Below are positions 26,434-35,501 of a stretch of 42,166 bases of DNA, piece after piece. The stretch lies in sequence record SRR2962707_624; one strand, written 5' to 3'. Each line of letters opens with the position of its first letter. The stretch's first letter is position 1. The notes beneath the pieces are model-generated. The model was not told the DNA's origin. It ran no database searches and saw only the letters and a list, made by a program, of their open reading frames with translations. A program made the translations under genes and the position numbers.

Positions 26434-27651
26434 ATGCCAGGAACAAAAGTGCGCTTCGGCGCCTTTATCGCGCCCTTTCACCCGCTCGATGAAAATCCGA
26501 CACTTGCAATCGAACGCGATTTCGAACTTGTCGAATGGATGGACAAGCTCGGCTACGACGAAGCCTGGATCGGCGAGCATCACTCCGCCGGTTACGAGCT
26601 GATCGCAAGCCCTGAGCTGTTCATCGCCGCTGCCGCGCAACGCACGAAGCATATTCGCCTCGGCACGGGCGTCTCATCTCTTCCCTATCACCAGCCCCTG
26701 ATGCTGGCGGATCGCATCAACCAGCTCGACCATCTGACGCGCGGCCGCGTCATGTTCGGCGTCGGCCCGGGCGCGCTGCCATCGGATGCTTTCATGATGG
26801 GCATCAAGGTTGCAAAGCAGCGCGACATGATGGACGAAGCACTCGACGTGCTTGTGCCGCTGCTGCGCGGCGAAACGGTGACGGCGAAGACGGACTGGTT
26901 CGAACTCAACGAAGCGCGGCTGCAGATGACGCCGTTCTCACGTCCGGGTGTCGAAATTTCCGTGGCGAGCCAGGTATCGCCGACAGGCGCGACGGCGGCC
27001 GGTCGCAACGGCCTTGGCCTCCTGTCGATCGGCGCAACTTCGGCTGGAGGCTTCAACGCGCTCTCCACCAACTGGGCGATGGCCGAAGAAACCGCGAAGG
27101 ACAACGGCAAGACGATGGACCGCAACCAGTGGCGGCTTGTCGGTCCGGTCCACATCGCCGAGACCCGCGAGAAGGCGCGAGAGAATGTGCGCTTCGGTCT
27201 TGAGAAGTGGCTCTACTATTTCCGCGAAGTCGCAGCGCTGCCGCTTGCGCCGACCGATGGTTCCGATCCCGTGGACGCACTCATCGCTTCGGGCATGGCC
27301 GTGATCGGCACGCCCGACGATGCCGTCGCGCAGATCGAGCGCCTGCAGGAGCAGTCGGGCGGCTTCGGCGCCTTCCTGCAGATGGCGCATAACTGGGCCG
27401 ACTTCGAACAGACGAAGCGCTCCTATGAATTGATGGCGCGTTACGTCTTCCCGAAGTTCCAGCAATTGAACGACAACCGCGAAGCCTCGCTCGCATGGGC
27501 GCGCGACAATCGTCCGACTTTCATGGGCGAAGCCATGATGGCAGTAGGAAGCCGCGTGGCGCAGCATGTGGAGAAGAAGGGCACGGAGAATATCCGCCCC
27601 GAAATCCTCGAAGCCATGGGCCTCGGCAAGAAGCCCGACGCTGCACAATAA
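26434..27651 (+). CDS. LLM-class flavin-dependent monooxygenase (tandem paralogue)
   Basis: Motifs GAFIAPFH, AWIGEHHSAG, GTGVSSLPYHQP and LDHLTRGR. Strongly similar to the upstream gene. Confidence 0.93.
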   Translation: MPGTKVRFGAFIAPFHPLDENPTLAIERDFELVEWMDKLGYDEAWIGEHHSAGYELIASPELFIAAAAQRTKHIRLGTGVSSLPYHQPLMLADRINQLDHLTRGRVMFGVGPGALPSDAFMMGIKVAKQRDMMDEALDVLVPLLRGETVTAKTDWFELNEARLQMTPFSRPGVEISVASQVSPTGATAAGRNGLGLLSIGATSAGGFNALSTNWAMAEETAKDNGKTMDRNQWRLVGPVHIAETREKARENVRFGLEKWLYYFREVAALPLAPTDGSDPVDALIASGMAVIGTPDDAVAQIERLQEQSGGFGAFLQMAHNWADFEQTKRSYELMARYVFPKFQQLNDNREASLAWARDNRPTFMGEAMMAVGSRVAQHVEKKGTENIRPEILEAMGLGKKPDAAQ

Positions 27652-27667
27652 ATCGAGAGACGAAACG

Positions 27668-27698
27668 AAAAGGGCGGCCTTTGAGGCCGCCCTTTTTT
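27668..27698. terminator. Bidirectional rho-independent terminator
   Basis: AAAA-GGGCGGCCT-ttg-AGGCCGCCC-TTTTTT between convergent genes. Confidence 0.9.
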
Positions 27699-27717
27699 GT
27701 TGTCCGCCGAATACCGC

Positions 27718-29520
27718 TCAGAGCCGCAGCTCGCCGGAGCAGATCTTTCCATAGAGACGCTGATCGACGGGCATATATTTCTTTTGCACCGGGCAATTGA
27801 AGAAGATGGGCTCGGGGATCGCCGAGGGATCAAAGCCTTCCTTCACGAGCTCCACCTTGCGGTGCTTGAAGGTGCCGGTCACTTCCATTTCCGGCTGGAT
27901 GCGCAGGAAGACCGGCACGGCGTAGTCCGGCAGTTCCTTCTGCATCTGTACACGGAACCGGTCGAGATCGAGCACGCCATTTTCCGCAACGATGGACGCC
28001 ATGCCGGCGCGCCCATCCGTCCCCGGCACATGCACGCCATAGACGTTGGCTTCCTTGACGCCGGGGAAAACGGAGATCGCCTCAGCGACTTCGGAGGTCG
28101 CGACGTTCTCGCCCTTCCAGCGGAACGTGTCGCCGATGCGGTCGACGAAATAGTAGTACCCAAGCTTGTCCTGACGCAGCAGGTCGCCGGTGCGGAACCA
28201 GGCATCCCCTTTCTCAAACACATCGCGCAGGATTTTCTTCTCGGTCTCTTCCTTCTTGGCATAGCCGTCGAAGCGTCCCGTCGGCTGGTCCGGATCGTCC
28301 GAAATCTTGCCGAGCGCCTCACCCGCTTCGCCCGGCTCCGCGATAACGCAGAACCCGTCCGCGCCGCGCACGGGTTGTTCGTTCTCGATGTCGAACTTCA
28401 CGATCTCGACATTGAACTTCTTCTTCGCCCATCCCGGAACGCGCCCGATGGCGCCCGGCGTGCCATCGAAATTCATCAGCGCGACATTGCCTTCCGTTGC
28501 GCCGTAAAATTCCAGCACGCGCGGAATACGGAACCGTTTCTGGAAGGCCGGCCAGATTTCCGGGCGCAGACCGTTGCCGACGGCGAGACGAATCTTGTGC
28601 TTGCGCTCCTTCGGGTGCTTTTCGGTATTGAGCAGGTAGCGGCAGAGTTCGCCGATATACTGGAAGAGCGTCGCCTGATATTTGACCGCATCGTCCCAGA
28701 AATGTGCCGCAGAAAACCTGCGCCGAAGAATGACAGAGCCACCGACAGTCAGCGTTGTGCCAACGGCGCAAACGCCGCCCGCCGAATGATAGAGCGGCAG
28801 AACGAGATACATGCGATCTTTTTCGGTCGCATTCGCGCCGGCCGCGAAGGCACCCATCATACTGCTCAGACGTATATGCGGAATACGCGCGGCCTTCGGA
28901 TTACCCGTCGTGCCGCTCGTATAGATGAAGAGGGCGTCATCGTCCTGCGTCACGTCCTTGCGGATATCTGCGGGCAATGCATCTCCCGAAAGTTGCGCAA
29001 GCGCCGTGTCAAGATCGTTCGCGCCGTCCATCCGGCCGCCTGTCGTCCAGGCGGTCATCGGGCGCTCGAGCTGGTCGGCGGCTGTCGAATATTGTTCGGT
29101 GAGTTCAGCGCCAAGCACGATATGGTTCGCGTTTGAAATGTTGAGGCAATGCGCAAGCGGCGCCTTGGTGAGATTGGTATTGATCAGCGCCGCCGTGGCG
29201 CCTGCCTTCACGATACCGAGCCAGGCGATGAGGTATTCCGGCCTATTCTCCATCATCAGCGCGATGACGTCGCCGCGCCCGAGCCCCTGCTTCTGCACCC
29301 ACCGCGCATAGCGGTTGGCGGCCTCGTTATATTCGCGGTATGTGAGAGTCCGGTCCTCGAAATAGATCGCAATATTGTCCGGTTTCGCCGCTGCCAGCTC
29401 CTCAATCGTGTCGGAGAAGGTATGTGAGGCATCTTCCCGGATTTGCTTGAGCTTCTTCAGCGAACGGAGGGCCGCCCGCACGAATATGATTTCGTTGCCG
29501 ACCCGCTTGAAGAAGCCCAT
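27718..29520 (-). CDS. Long-chain acyl-CoA synthetase (FATP/FadD6-like)
   Basis: Motifs IYTSGTTGNPKAA, LPLYHS, QYIGELCRYL, EFYGATEGN and the FATP motif FVDRIGDTFRWKGENV. GGAGG RBS. Confidence 0.94.
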   Translation of the reverse strand: MGFFKRVGNEIIFVRAALRSLKKLKQIREDASHTFSDTIEELAAAKPDNIAIYFEDRTLTYREYNEAANRYARWVQKQGLGRGDVIALMMENRPEYLIAWLGIVKAGATAALINTNLTKAPLAHCLNISNANHIVLGAELTEQYSTAADQLERPMTAWTTGGRMDGANDLDTALAQLSGDALPADIRKDVTQDDDALFIYTSGTTGNPKAARIPHIRLSSMMGAFAAGANATEKDRMYLVLPLYHSAGGVCAVGTTLTVGGSVILRRRFSAAHFWDDAVKYQATLFQYIGELCRYLLNTEKHPKERKHKIRLAVGNGLRPEIWPAFQKRFRIPRVLEFYGATEGNVALMNFDGTPGAIGRVPGWAKKKFNVEIVKFDIENEQPVRGADGFCVIAEPGEAGEALGKISDDPDQPTGRFDGYAKKEETEKKILRDVFEKGDAWFRTGDLLRQDKLGYYYFVDRIGDTFRWKGENVATSEVAEAISVFPGVKEANVYGVHVPGTDGRAGMASIVAENGVLDLDRFRVQMQKELPDYAVPVFLRIQPEMEVTGTFKHRKVELVKEGFDPSAIPEPIFFNCPVQKKYMPVDQRLYGKICSGELRL

Positions 29521-29718
29521 TTTTGCCGATCCTCCCGAGTTGTCGTCACGTGAACGATATTTTCTTAAGTTATGCCCGCCACGCGGCGGGACCGTCAAGA
29601 AAACCCGGATTCCGATACGTAAAATCATCCACAGGGTTACACGTGACAGAGGCGAGCGGCACCTGCATTATCCGCTACCCTCGTAGGGCTTTTCGAGACG
29701 GAACGAACCGGAAGCGGC

Positions 29719-30021
29719 GTGAACAGCGACAGCAGTCAGGAAACAGGGGAGATCCTGCTCGACGTGATCGGGCAGCAATGCCCTTTGCCCGTGCTGCGGG
29801 CGCGAAAGCGCTTGCTCAGGCTCGATCCCGGTCAGTTGCTCAGGGTCTTTGCGAGCGACCCCGTCGCACGGATCGACATGCCGCATTTCTGCGCCGAGGC
29901 CGGGCATGAACTTGTCGACGTCCGGGACCGGGGAACGTGGATTGAATTCCTGATACGCCGAGGCGCAAACATCCGCGAGCCGGAAGACGATCTGCTCTCG
30001 AAACCCGTGAAAGACCTTTAG
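29719..30021 (+). CDS. TusA/SirA-family sulfurtransferase
   Basis: Motifs LDVIGQQCPLPVL and ASDP..DMPHFC..GH. GTG start. Confidence 0.88.
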   Translation: MNSDSSQETGEILLDVIGQQCPLPVLRARKRLLRLDPGQLLRVFASDPVARIDMPHFCAEAGHELVDVRDRGTWIEFLIRRGANIREPEDDLLSKPVKDL

Positions 30022-30620
30022 CCCGGAAGATCGAATTCGGCGGCGAGCACGGCATAAAGGAATTCATCCCGCCATTCGCCCTGAATGAACTTGCTCTGCC
30101 GGAACGCGCCTTCGCGCCGCATGCCGAGCTTCTCCATCACCCGGGCGGACGCCTTGTTGCGCTGGTCGCAGGTGGCGACGATGCGCTGCAATCCGAGATC
30201 GCGAAATCCCACATGGGCAAGCGCCTGCGCCCCCTCCACCGCATATCCCTGTCCCCAGAAATCGGGGTGCAGGACATAGCCGATATCGGCCGTGCGGTTT
30301 TCCCAGTCGGTGAGCTTCAGGCCGACCCCGCCGATGAGGCGCGGCTGGCTCCCCCGGCGGCCCGTTCCCTTGAGCACAATGGCGAAGTCGAAGCTCGTGC
30401 GCGGCTTTTCCTTCTGGTCATCCAGAAAGGCGCGGATCGTCTGCTTGCTCTGCAGCAGCGTATTCGGCCCCCAGACGAGAAACTGTGTCGCCTCGTCGAG
30501 CGATGAATAGGCATGGACCGCGTCGAGATCGCGCGAGACGAACTCCCTGAGCAACAGGCGCGGTGTCTCTATGGGGAGAGGAAGCGAAAGATTTGGCTCG
30601 CTGCGCCGCCGCATTCTCAT
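30018..30620 (-). CDS. GNAT N-acetyltransferase, RimJ/RimL family
   Basis: Motifs IETPRLLLR, DIGYVLHPDFWGQGYA and NKASARVMEKLGMRREG. ATGA overlap with the upstream gene. Confidence 0.92.
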   Translation of the reverse strand: MRMRRRSEPNLSLPLPIETPRLLLREFVSRDLDAVHAYSSLDEATQFLVWGPNTLLQSKQTIRAFLDDQKEKPRTSFDFAIVLKGTGRRGSQPRLIGGVGLKLTDWENRTADIGYVLHPDFWGQGYAVEGAQALAHVGFRDLGLQRIVATCDQRNKASARVMEKLGMRREGAFRQSKFIQGEWRDEFLYAVLAAEFDLPG

Positions 30621-30985
30621 TTGCGGCCTGCCTTTTTCAGCAGCGCCTTTTGCGGATCGCGAAAGCCGACGGCAATGCCGCCAGACCCCATGTCGAATAC
30701 CGGCCGCTTGATGAGCGCGGGATGCGCCGTCATGAGTTTTATGGCTTTCGGCCCGGATATCCCCTCCTTGTCGCTGTCGGGGAGACCGCGCCAGGTGGTG
30801 CTCGCCTTGTTGAGGAGCGTTTCCCAGCCCGCCTCATCGGCAAACCGCTTCACATCGGCCAGCGCGATGCCATCCGCCCTGACATCGTGAAAGCGATGGG
30901 CAATCCCCTCCGCTTCGAGCCATTTCAGTGCCTTGCGGCACGTATCGCAATTCTTCAGTCCATAAACGACAAGCACCGGCCCCAT
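30617..30985 (-). CDS. ArsC/Spx-family (YffB-like) reductase (alternative start GTG 30976)
   Basis: Motifs YGLKNCDTCRKA, LLNKASTTWR and HPALIKRPV. Confidence 0.92.
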   Translation of the reverse strand: MGPVLVVYGLKNCDTCRKALKWLEAEGIAHRFHDVRADGIALADVKRFADEAGWETLLNKASTTWRGLPDSDKEGISGPKAIKLMTAHPALIKRPVFDMGSGGIAVGFRDPQKALLKKAGRK

Positions 30986-31071
30986 CCCAGCTTCGCCTTC
31001 TCTGGAGAAAGCATAGCGGGGATGAGGCCGGTGCCAAGACCTATAGAATTTCGTCGGGAGGTTTTAAGGCC

Positions 31072-31866
31072 TCAGGCTGCCTGCCGGAGCGCTTCCTGTT
31101 CGCGGTAGGCGATCTCGGATGCGGTCGTGAGCGGCTCCACCTCGCGATAGGTGGCGGGCGGCGCAATACCAAGCAGCGCACGCACCTCGGAAAGCGGCTT
31201 CGGCAGCATCGCCTCCCAGTCCGTGGCCGGCAGCCATGCCGCCTGTTTGCCGTGGCGGAAGCCCTCCCGCACGACGCTCCAGACAGCCGCTTCGGGCACG
31301 TTCTTGCGCGTCACGCGCGCGCCGACGAGCACGATGAAGCCGATGCCGCGATTGCGCGTCTGCGCATAGGTGAAGGAAAGGAGCGCGAGCTCGCCGAGCC
31401 CGTCACGGCCATAGCCGGTCGTCACGTGCCAGAGATCGTGCTGGTCGCGCAGACGGTCGCCGAAAAGCCGCTCATCCGCCGTGCGGTCGTCGCGGCGCCG
31501 CACTTCCTCGCTCGCCGCCACAAGCCCGTCCGCCGTCAGGTTCTCGCCTGCCATGAAATCGTAATAGGTGCGCCCCAGAGATCCTTCCGGCAGGCTTCCG
31601 AGATAGGCGCGGTCGCTGAGCGTGGCGATGAGGTCGCGCTTCTCGGCAGTGATCCGCTGGCCGGTTTCCGTCGCCACGAAGCGCTTGTACTGCCGGTCCA
31701 CGACGCCGCCGGACAGCGCGTCGATGATCTTGAAGACCTGACCGGTATCTTCCTTGTCGGCCACAAGGGCACGGATCGCGCGCAGAGCCTTGATGGGCTC
31801 GATACGCTTGCGCTTCCGCTTTGCCACAACCTTGCCGTCAAACTCTGTTGGGCTTGCAATCGTCAT
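31072..31866 (-). CDS. Coq4-family protein
   Basis: Motifs LPEGSLGRTY, HDLWHVTTGY..GE (HDxxH-x11-E metal motif) and WE..L..PLSEVRALLGI. Confidence 0.88.
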   Translation of the reverse strand: MTIASPTEFDGKVVAKRKRKRIEPIKALRAIRALVADKEDTGQVFKIIDALSGGVVDRQYKRFVATETGQRITAEKRDLIATLSDRAYLGSLPEGSLGRTYYDFMAGENLTADGLVAASEEVRRRDDRTADERLFGDRLRDQHDLWHVTTGYGRDGLGELALLSFTYAQTRNRGIGFIVLVGARVTRKNVPEAAVWSVVREGFRHGKQAAWLPATDWEAMLPKPLSEVRALLGIAPPATYREVEPLTTASEIAYREQEALRQAA

Positions 31867-31915
31867 CGGTTATGTCCCGTTGTTATAGTGGTGTATCGCT
31901 ACCAGCCTTGGCTGG

Positions 31916-31944
31916 AAGATAGGTATTACTGACATTCCTGTCAA
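31916..31944 (-). promoter_or_regulatory. Sigma70 promoter of the Coq4-family gene with overlapping palindromic operator
   Basis: Minus strand TTGACA(31944-31939)-N17-TATCTT(31921-31916). Palindrome TGACA-ttcc-TGTCA at 31930-31943 lies between the divergent coq4-like and tetR genes. Confidence 0.75.
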
Positions 31945-31972
31945 TACAAGATTTCCCGAAGTGGAGGCCCGT

Positions 31973-32671
31973 GTGTCCAGCGTTGCAAAAAATCCGGCCC
32001 TGAAGGCCGCTCCAGCCGCCAAACCCGTGGAAAAACCGGCGGCGAAGCGGGTGCGCCGGACGGCGGAAGAAGCGCGGCGCCTGATCCTTGATGCGGCGGA
32101 AGAGCGCCTTGCCCGGCAAGGCCCTGAAGGGTTGCGGCTGCAGGATATCGCCCGTGACGTGGGCATTTCGCACCCCGCCATCCTCCATCACTTCGAGAGC
32201 CGCGAAGGCCTGGTGCGTGCTCTGATCGCGCGGGCCAACGCGCAGCTCAGGGATACCATGCTGACCGCGCTGGGCAGCGGGCATACAAGTACCGACGCCG
32301 CCGACCATATCGGCCACGTCTTCGAGGCGCTGAGCGACCGCGGCACGGCGCGGCTCCTCTCATGGATGCTGCTGACGGGACGCGCGACGGAAAGCACCGA
32401 GGCGCACAACATCATGGGCGAGATCGTCGAAGTGCTTCAGGCGCGCCGCGAGGAGTATGCGGAAATGAAAGCCGAAGCGCCGCCCGACAAGGAGGACACG
32501 CTTTTCATGGCGATGCTGACGGCGAATGCAGCCTTCGGCGAAGCCATCGTCGGCCGCCAGCTCGCGGAAGCGGCTGGGCTCGATCAGGATGGCATCAAAC
32601 GCTTTCGCGCCTGGTTCGCCCGGCTGCTGAACGAGCACTGGGACGGCAACACGGGAGAGGGCGAGAGGTGA
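31973..32671 (+). CDS. TetR/AcrR-family transcriptional regulator (alternative start 31961)
   Basis: ILDAAEERLARQGPEGLRLQDIARDVGISHPAILHHFESREGL HTH. GGAGG lies 5 nt before GTG 31973. Confidence 0.92.
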   Translation: MSSVAKNPALKAAPAAKPVEKPAAKRVRRTAEEARRLILDAAEERLARQGPEGLRLQDIARDVGISHPAILHHFESREGLVRALIARANAQLRDTMLTALGSGHTSTDAADHIGHVFEALSDRGTARLLSWMLLTGRATESTEAHNIMGEIVEVLQARREEYAEMKAEAPPDKEDTLFMAMLTANAAFGEAIVGRQLAEAAGLDQDGIKRFRAWFARLLNEHWDGNTGEGER

Positions 32672-32751
32672 CGGCGGGGTCGCTGGCCACGCCAACGTCA
32701 GCGGAGTAAATGGAAGCTATTTCGCACCTACTCGACATGAAGCAGGTTAAT

Positions 32752-32837
32752 TGGTGCCCCTGGCCGGACTCGAACCAGCACGTTGTTGCCAACAACAGAT
32801 TTTGAGTCTGCCGCGTCTACCATTCCGCCACAGGGGC
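32752..32837 (-). tRNA. tRNA-Leu (anticodon CAA)
   Basis: GCCCCTG/CAGGGGC acceptor stem, anticodon loop CTCAAAA, long variable arm, GGTTCGAGTCC T-loop and encoded CCA. Confidence 0.97.
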
Positions 32838-32957
32838 CCTGAGCGTCGGGCGCGCATCATAATGGGCTCGGGCGTGCCTTCAATGGAAAAGAACAGCCCC
32901 CACGATGCGGCGTCAAGGCGCGGGACAAGGGCGAAAACACATGCTTGAATGCACGCC

Positions 32958-33479
32958 ATGCTGGACCGCCTGCCATCGAACGCCATCCCCTGGATACTGA
33001 TCGCCGCGAGCGCCGCGACAATCGGCGGCGCACTCTTTTTCGAGTATGTCCTCGGCTATATCCCGTGCTCGCTTTGCCTCGACGGCCGCCAGCCCCACTA
33101 TTTCGCGATGGGCGCGGCACTGATCGCGGGCATCCTCTCGCGTGAAGCGAATATCGGCATCGGCGTGCTCATCTTTCTCGGCCTCTGCGTCGTCGCCTAT
33201 CTCGCGGGCGCGGGCGTCTCTTTCTACCATGCAGGCGTCGAATACCACTGGTGGGAAGGCCCGGAGACCTGCGGCGGCGGCGGCCTCGTCGCGAACTCGC
33301 TCGCGGAACTCCAGTCGGCGCTCGAAGGCGGCGTGAAGGCGCCGCGCTGCGACGAGGCGGCATGGAGGCTCTTTGGCGTCTCGCTCGCAGGCTTCAATTT
33401 CGTCATTACGCTTGTTCTCGCCGCCCTGGCCGCCCTGCCTCTGCTCCGCTACTTCCGTGAGAGCCGGGGGAAAATCTGA
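32958..33479 (+). CDS. Disulfide bond formation protein B family (alternative start 32949)
   Basis: PCSLC after TM1, YHAGVE..WW.GP..C and a second Cys in PRCD; four TM helices. Confidence 0.88.
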   Translation: MLDRLPSNAIPWILIAASAATIGGALFFEYVLGYIPCSLCLDGRQPHYFAMGAALIAGILSREANIGIGVLIFLGLCVVAYLAGAGVSFYHAGVEYHWWEGPETCGGGGLVANSLAELQSALEGGVKAPRCDEAAWRLFGVSLAGFNFVITLVLAALAALPLLRYFRESRGKI

Positions 33480-34075
33480 TGGCGACCCGCAACGACAAAG
33501 CTCAGCCGAAATCGCCGCGCGTCTCCGCGCAGCCGGGCCGCGCGCGCGACGCCGCCATCGAGGAAATGATCCGCGTCGATCACGCGGGCGAGTATGGCGC
33601 GGTGCGCATCTATGAGGGCCAGCGCGCCGTCTTCCGCGCATTGCCGCACAAGCAGGAAATTGCCGATGCCCTTGAGCGCATGGCGAAGGACGAGGAAGTG
33701 CATCTCGCGCGCTTCAACGACATCGTCAACGAGCGCGGCGTGCGCCCGACCGCCTTTGCGCCCGTCTGGCATGTCGCGGGCTTCGCCCTCGGCGCGGCGA
33801 CCGCGCTTCTCGGCGAGAAGGCCGCGCATGCCTGCACCGCCGCCGTCGAGGAAGTGATCGACGAGCACTACAAATCGCAGGTGAACCGCCTCGACCAGAT
33901 GGGCGAGGAAGAAAAGCCGCTGCGCGACACGATCGAGAAGTTCCGGCTGGAAGAAGTCGAACATCGCGACGAAGCGATAGCCTCGGGCGCCAGGGAAGCG
34001 CCGGCTTATCCGCTCCTCTCGGGCGCGATCAAGGCGGCCTGCCGCCTCGCGATCAAGGTCTCCGAAAAAGCCTGA
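33479..34075 (+). CDS. coq7: Demethoxyubiquinone hydroxylase (Coq7/CLK-1 di-iron family)
   Basis: Motifs IRVDHAGEYGAVRIYEGQ, EEVH, ACTAAVEEVIDEHY and EEVEH. Confidence 0.93.
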   Translation: MATRNDKAQPKSPRVSAQPGRARDAAIEEMIRVDHAGEYGAVRIYEGQRAVFRALPHKQEIADALERMAKDEEVHLARFNDIVNERGVRPTAFAPVWHVAGFALGAATALLGEKAAHACTAAVEEVIDEHYKSQVNRLDQMGEEEKPLRDTIEKFRLEEVEHRDEAIASGAREAPAYPLLSGAIKAACRLAIKVSEKA

Positions 34076-34080
34076 CGCCC

Positions 34081-34641
34081 TTACGGCTCCAGCTCGCTGT
34101 CCCAGTAGAGATAGTCCTGCCAGCTTTCATGCAGGTAGTTCGGCGGGAAGGCACGGCCGTTCTTGTGCAGGTCGCCGACCGAGGGACGGAACGGCGGCTG
34201 CATCGGGAACATCTCCGCCTGCGCCGGCATCTTGCCGCCCTTCTTCAAGTTGCAGGGCGCGCAGGCCGTTATGACATTGTCCCAGGTCGTCTGACCGCCG
34301 CGCGAACGCGGGACCACATGATCGAAAGTAAGCTCGTGCCGCGCGCCGCAATACTGGCAGGTGAAGCGGTCGCGCAGGAACAGGTTGAACCGTGTGAAGG
34401 CGGGAAACCGCGCTGGCTTCACATAAGATTTCAGCGACACGACGCTCGGCAACTGCATTTCGAAATTGGGAGACCGCACCAGCGTCTCGTAGGACGACAC
34501 GATGTTCACGCGATCGAGAAAGACCGCCTTGATCGCGTCCTGCCATGACCAGAGCGAGAGAGGGTAATAGCTGAGCGGCCTGTAATCCGCATTCAACACA
34601 AGAGCCGGACATCCATCCGGCGTGGCAAACGATCCGTGCAC
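34081..34641 (-). CDS. HNH endonuclease (McrA-like)
   Basis: Motifs ALVLNADY, RDRFTCQYCG, TFDHVVPRSRGG and CAPCNLKKG. GGAGG RBS before GTG. Confidence 0.93.
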   Translation of the reverse strand: MHGSFATPDGCPALVLNADYRPLSYYPLSLWSWQDAIKAVFLDRVNIVSSYETLVRSPNFEMQLPSVVSLKSYVKPARFPAFTRFNLFLRDRFTCQYCGARHELTFDHVVPRSRGGQTTWDNVITACAPCNLKKGGKMPAQAEMFPMQPPFRPSVGDLHKNGRAFPPNYLHESWQDYLYWDSELEP

Positions 34642-34751
34642 GCCACCCTCCTGAGGCCGAAGGCCGCCACATGCGGCTGACCCGTCTGTGACCTGATATT
34701 ACTATATATGGTGCGACGGCTTTGTGAAGCTGCCAGTGCTGGCCCGGTGCT

Positions 34752-35423
34752 TCATCCCGCCGCAACGGCGCCCTGCAGCCTGCCCGCAAAGGCATCCGCG
34801 ATGAAGCGTCCGCCGAGTTCCAGCCCGGTCGGATCGATGCCGTGACCGAGCCCTTCCGAGACATGCCACTGCACGGGAAGCCCGGCTTCGCCGAGCGCCT
34901 GCACCGCCTGATGCATGCGCGAAACCGGCAGCATGTCGTCGGCATCGCCATGGATCATCAGGATGGGCGGACGGCATGTAACTTCCGCGCCAAGGCGCTC
35001 CGGTACGGCAAGCGCGCCCGAATAACCGATGATACAGGCCGGCGCGACCGTCCGGCGAAGCCCCGCATGCAGCGCCATCATGGTGCCCTGACTGAAGCCC
35101 ACCAGGGCGAGCTGCGAACCGTCGAGGCCCCGCAGCTTTAGCTGTTCGTCAATGAACCGGTCGAGCAGCGGCGCCGCCGCCGTCACACCGCGCGCGATTT
35201 CCGACGGATCAAGGCGTGTGATTGGAAACCACTGATAGCCCATTGGATTGCCGTCGCAGCGCTCCGGCGCATTGGGCGCGATGAAGGCCGCATCGGGCAG
35301 CAACCGTTGCCAGTGGGGCGCGAGCGAAATCAGGTCGTTGCCGTCGGATCCGTAGCCATGACACAGGATCACAAGCTGCTTCGCCGTGCCGCCCGCCGCC
35401 ACGCTCGGTCCCGTAAGTGTCAT
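34752..35423 (-). CDS. Phospholipase/carboxylesterase (alpha/beta hydrolase)
   Basis: Motifs HGYGSDG, GFSQG, HGDADD and GHGI. GAGGAG RBS before ATG 35423. Confidence 0.92.
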   Translation of the reverse strand: MTLTGPSVAAGGTAKQLVILCHGYGSDGNDLISLAPHWQRLLPDAAFIAPNAPERCDGNPMGYQWFPITRLDPSEIARGVTAAAPLLDRFIDEQLKLRGLDGSQLALVGFSQGTMMALHAGLRRTVAPACIIGYSGALAVPERLGAEVTCRPPILMIHGDADDMLPVSRMHQAVQALGEAGLPVQWHVSEGLGHGIDPTGLELGGRFIADAFAGRLQGAVAAG

Positions 35424-35501
35424 GTCCGTCTCCTCTTTCATCCCGCACCCTCGCGGGCTAACAATGCGTCTCACACTAGGCCGCCCGGAGTTGCCGTTTC
35501 A

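Noticed and set aside
32672-32837. tRNA-Leu(CAA) as a genomic island attachment site
   Set aside because: No integrase next to it, no duplicated tRNA 3' end found in the window, and flanking genes look native.
32958-33479. DsbB-family gene as the dedicated DsbI-like partner of the ASST
   Set aside because: It is 13 kb away and coupled to coq7, and I see no cysteines in the ASST that would need it.
34081-34641. HNH endonuclease as a defence system or homing element
   Set aside because: It sits alone among housekeeping genes (coq7, esterase, gluQ) with no methylase, intron or mobile context.
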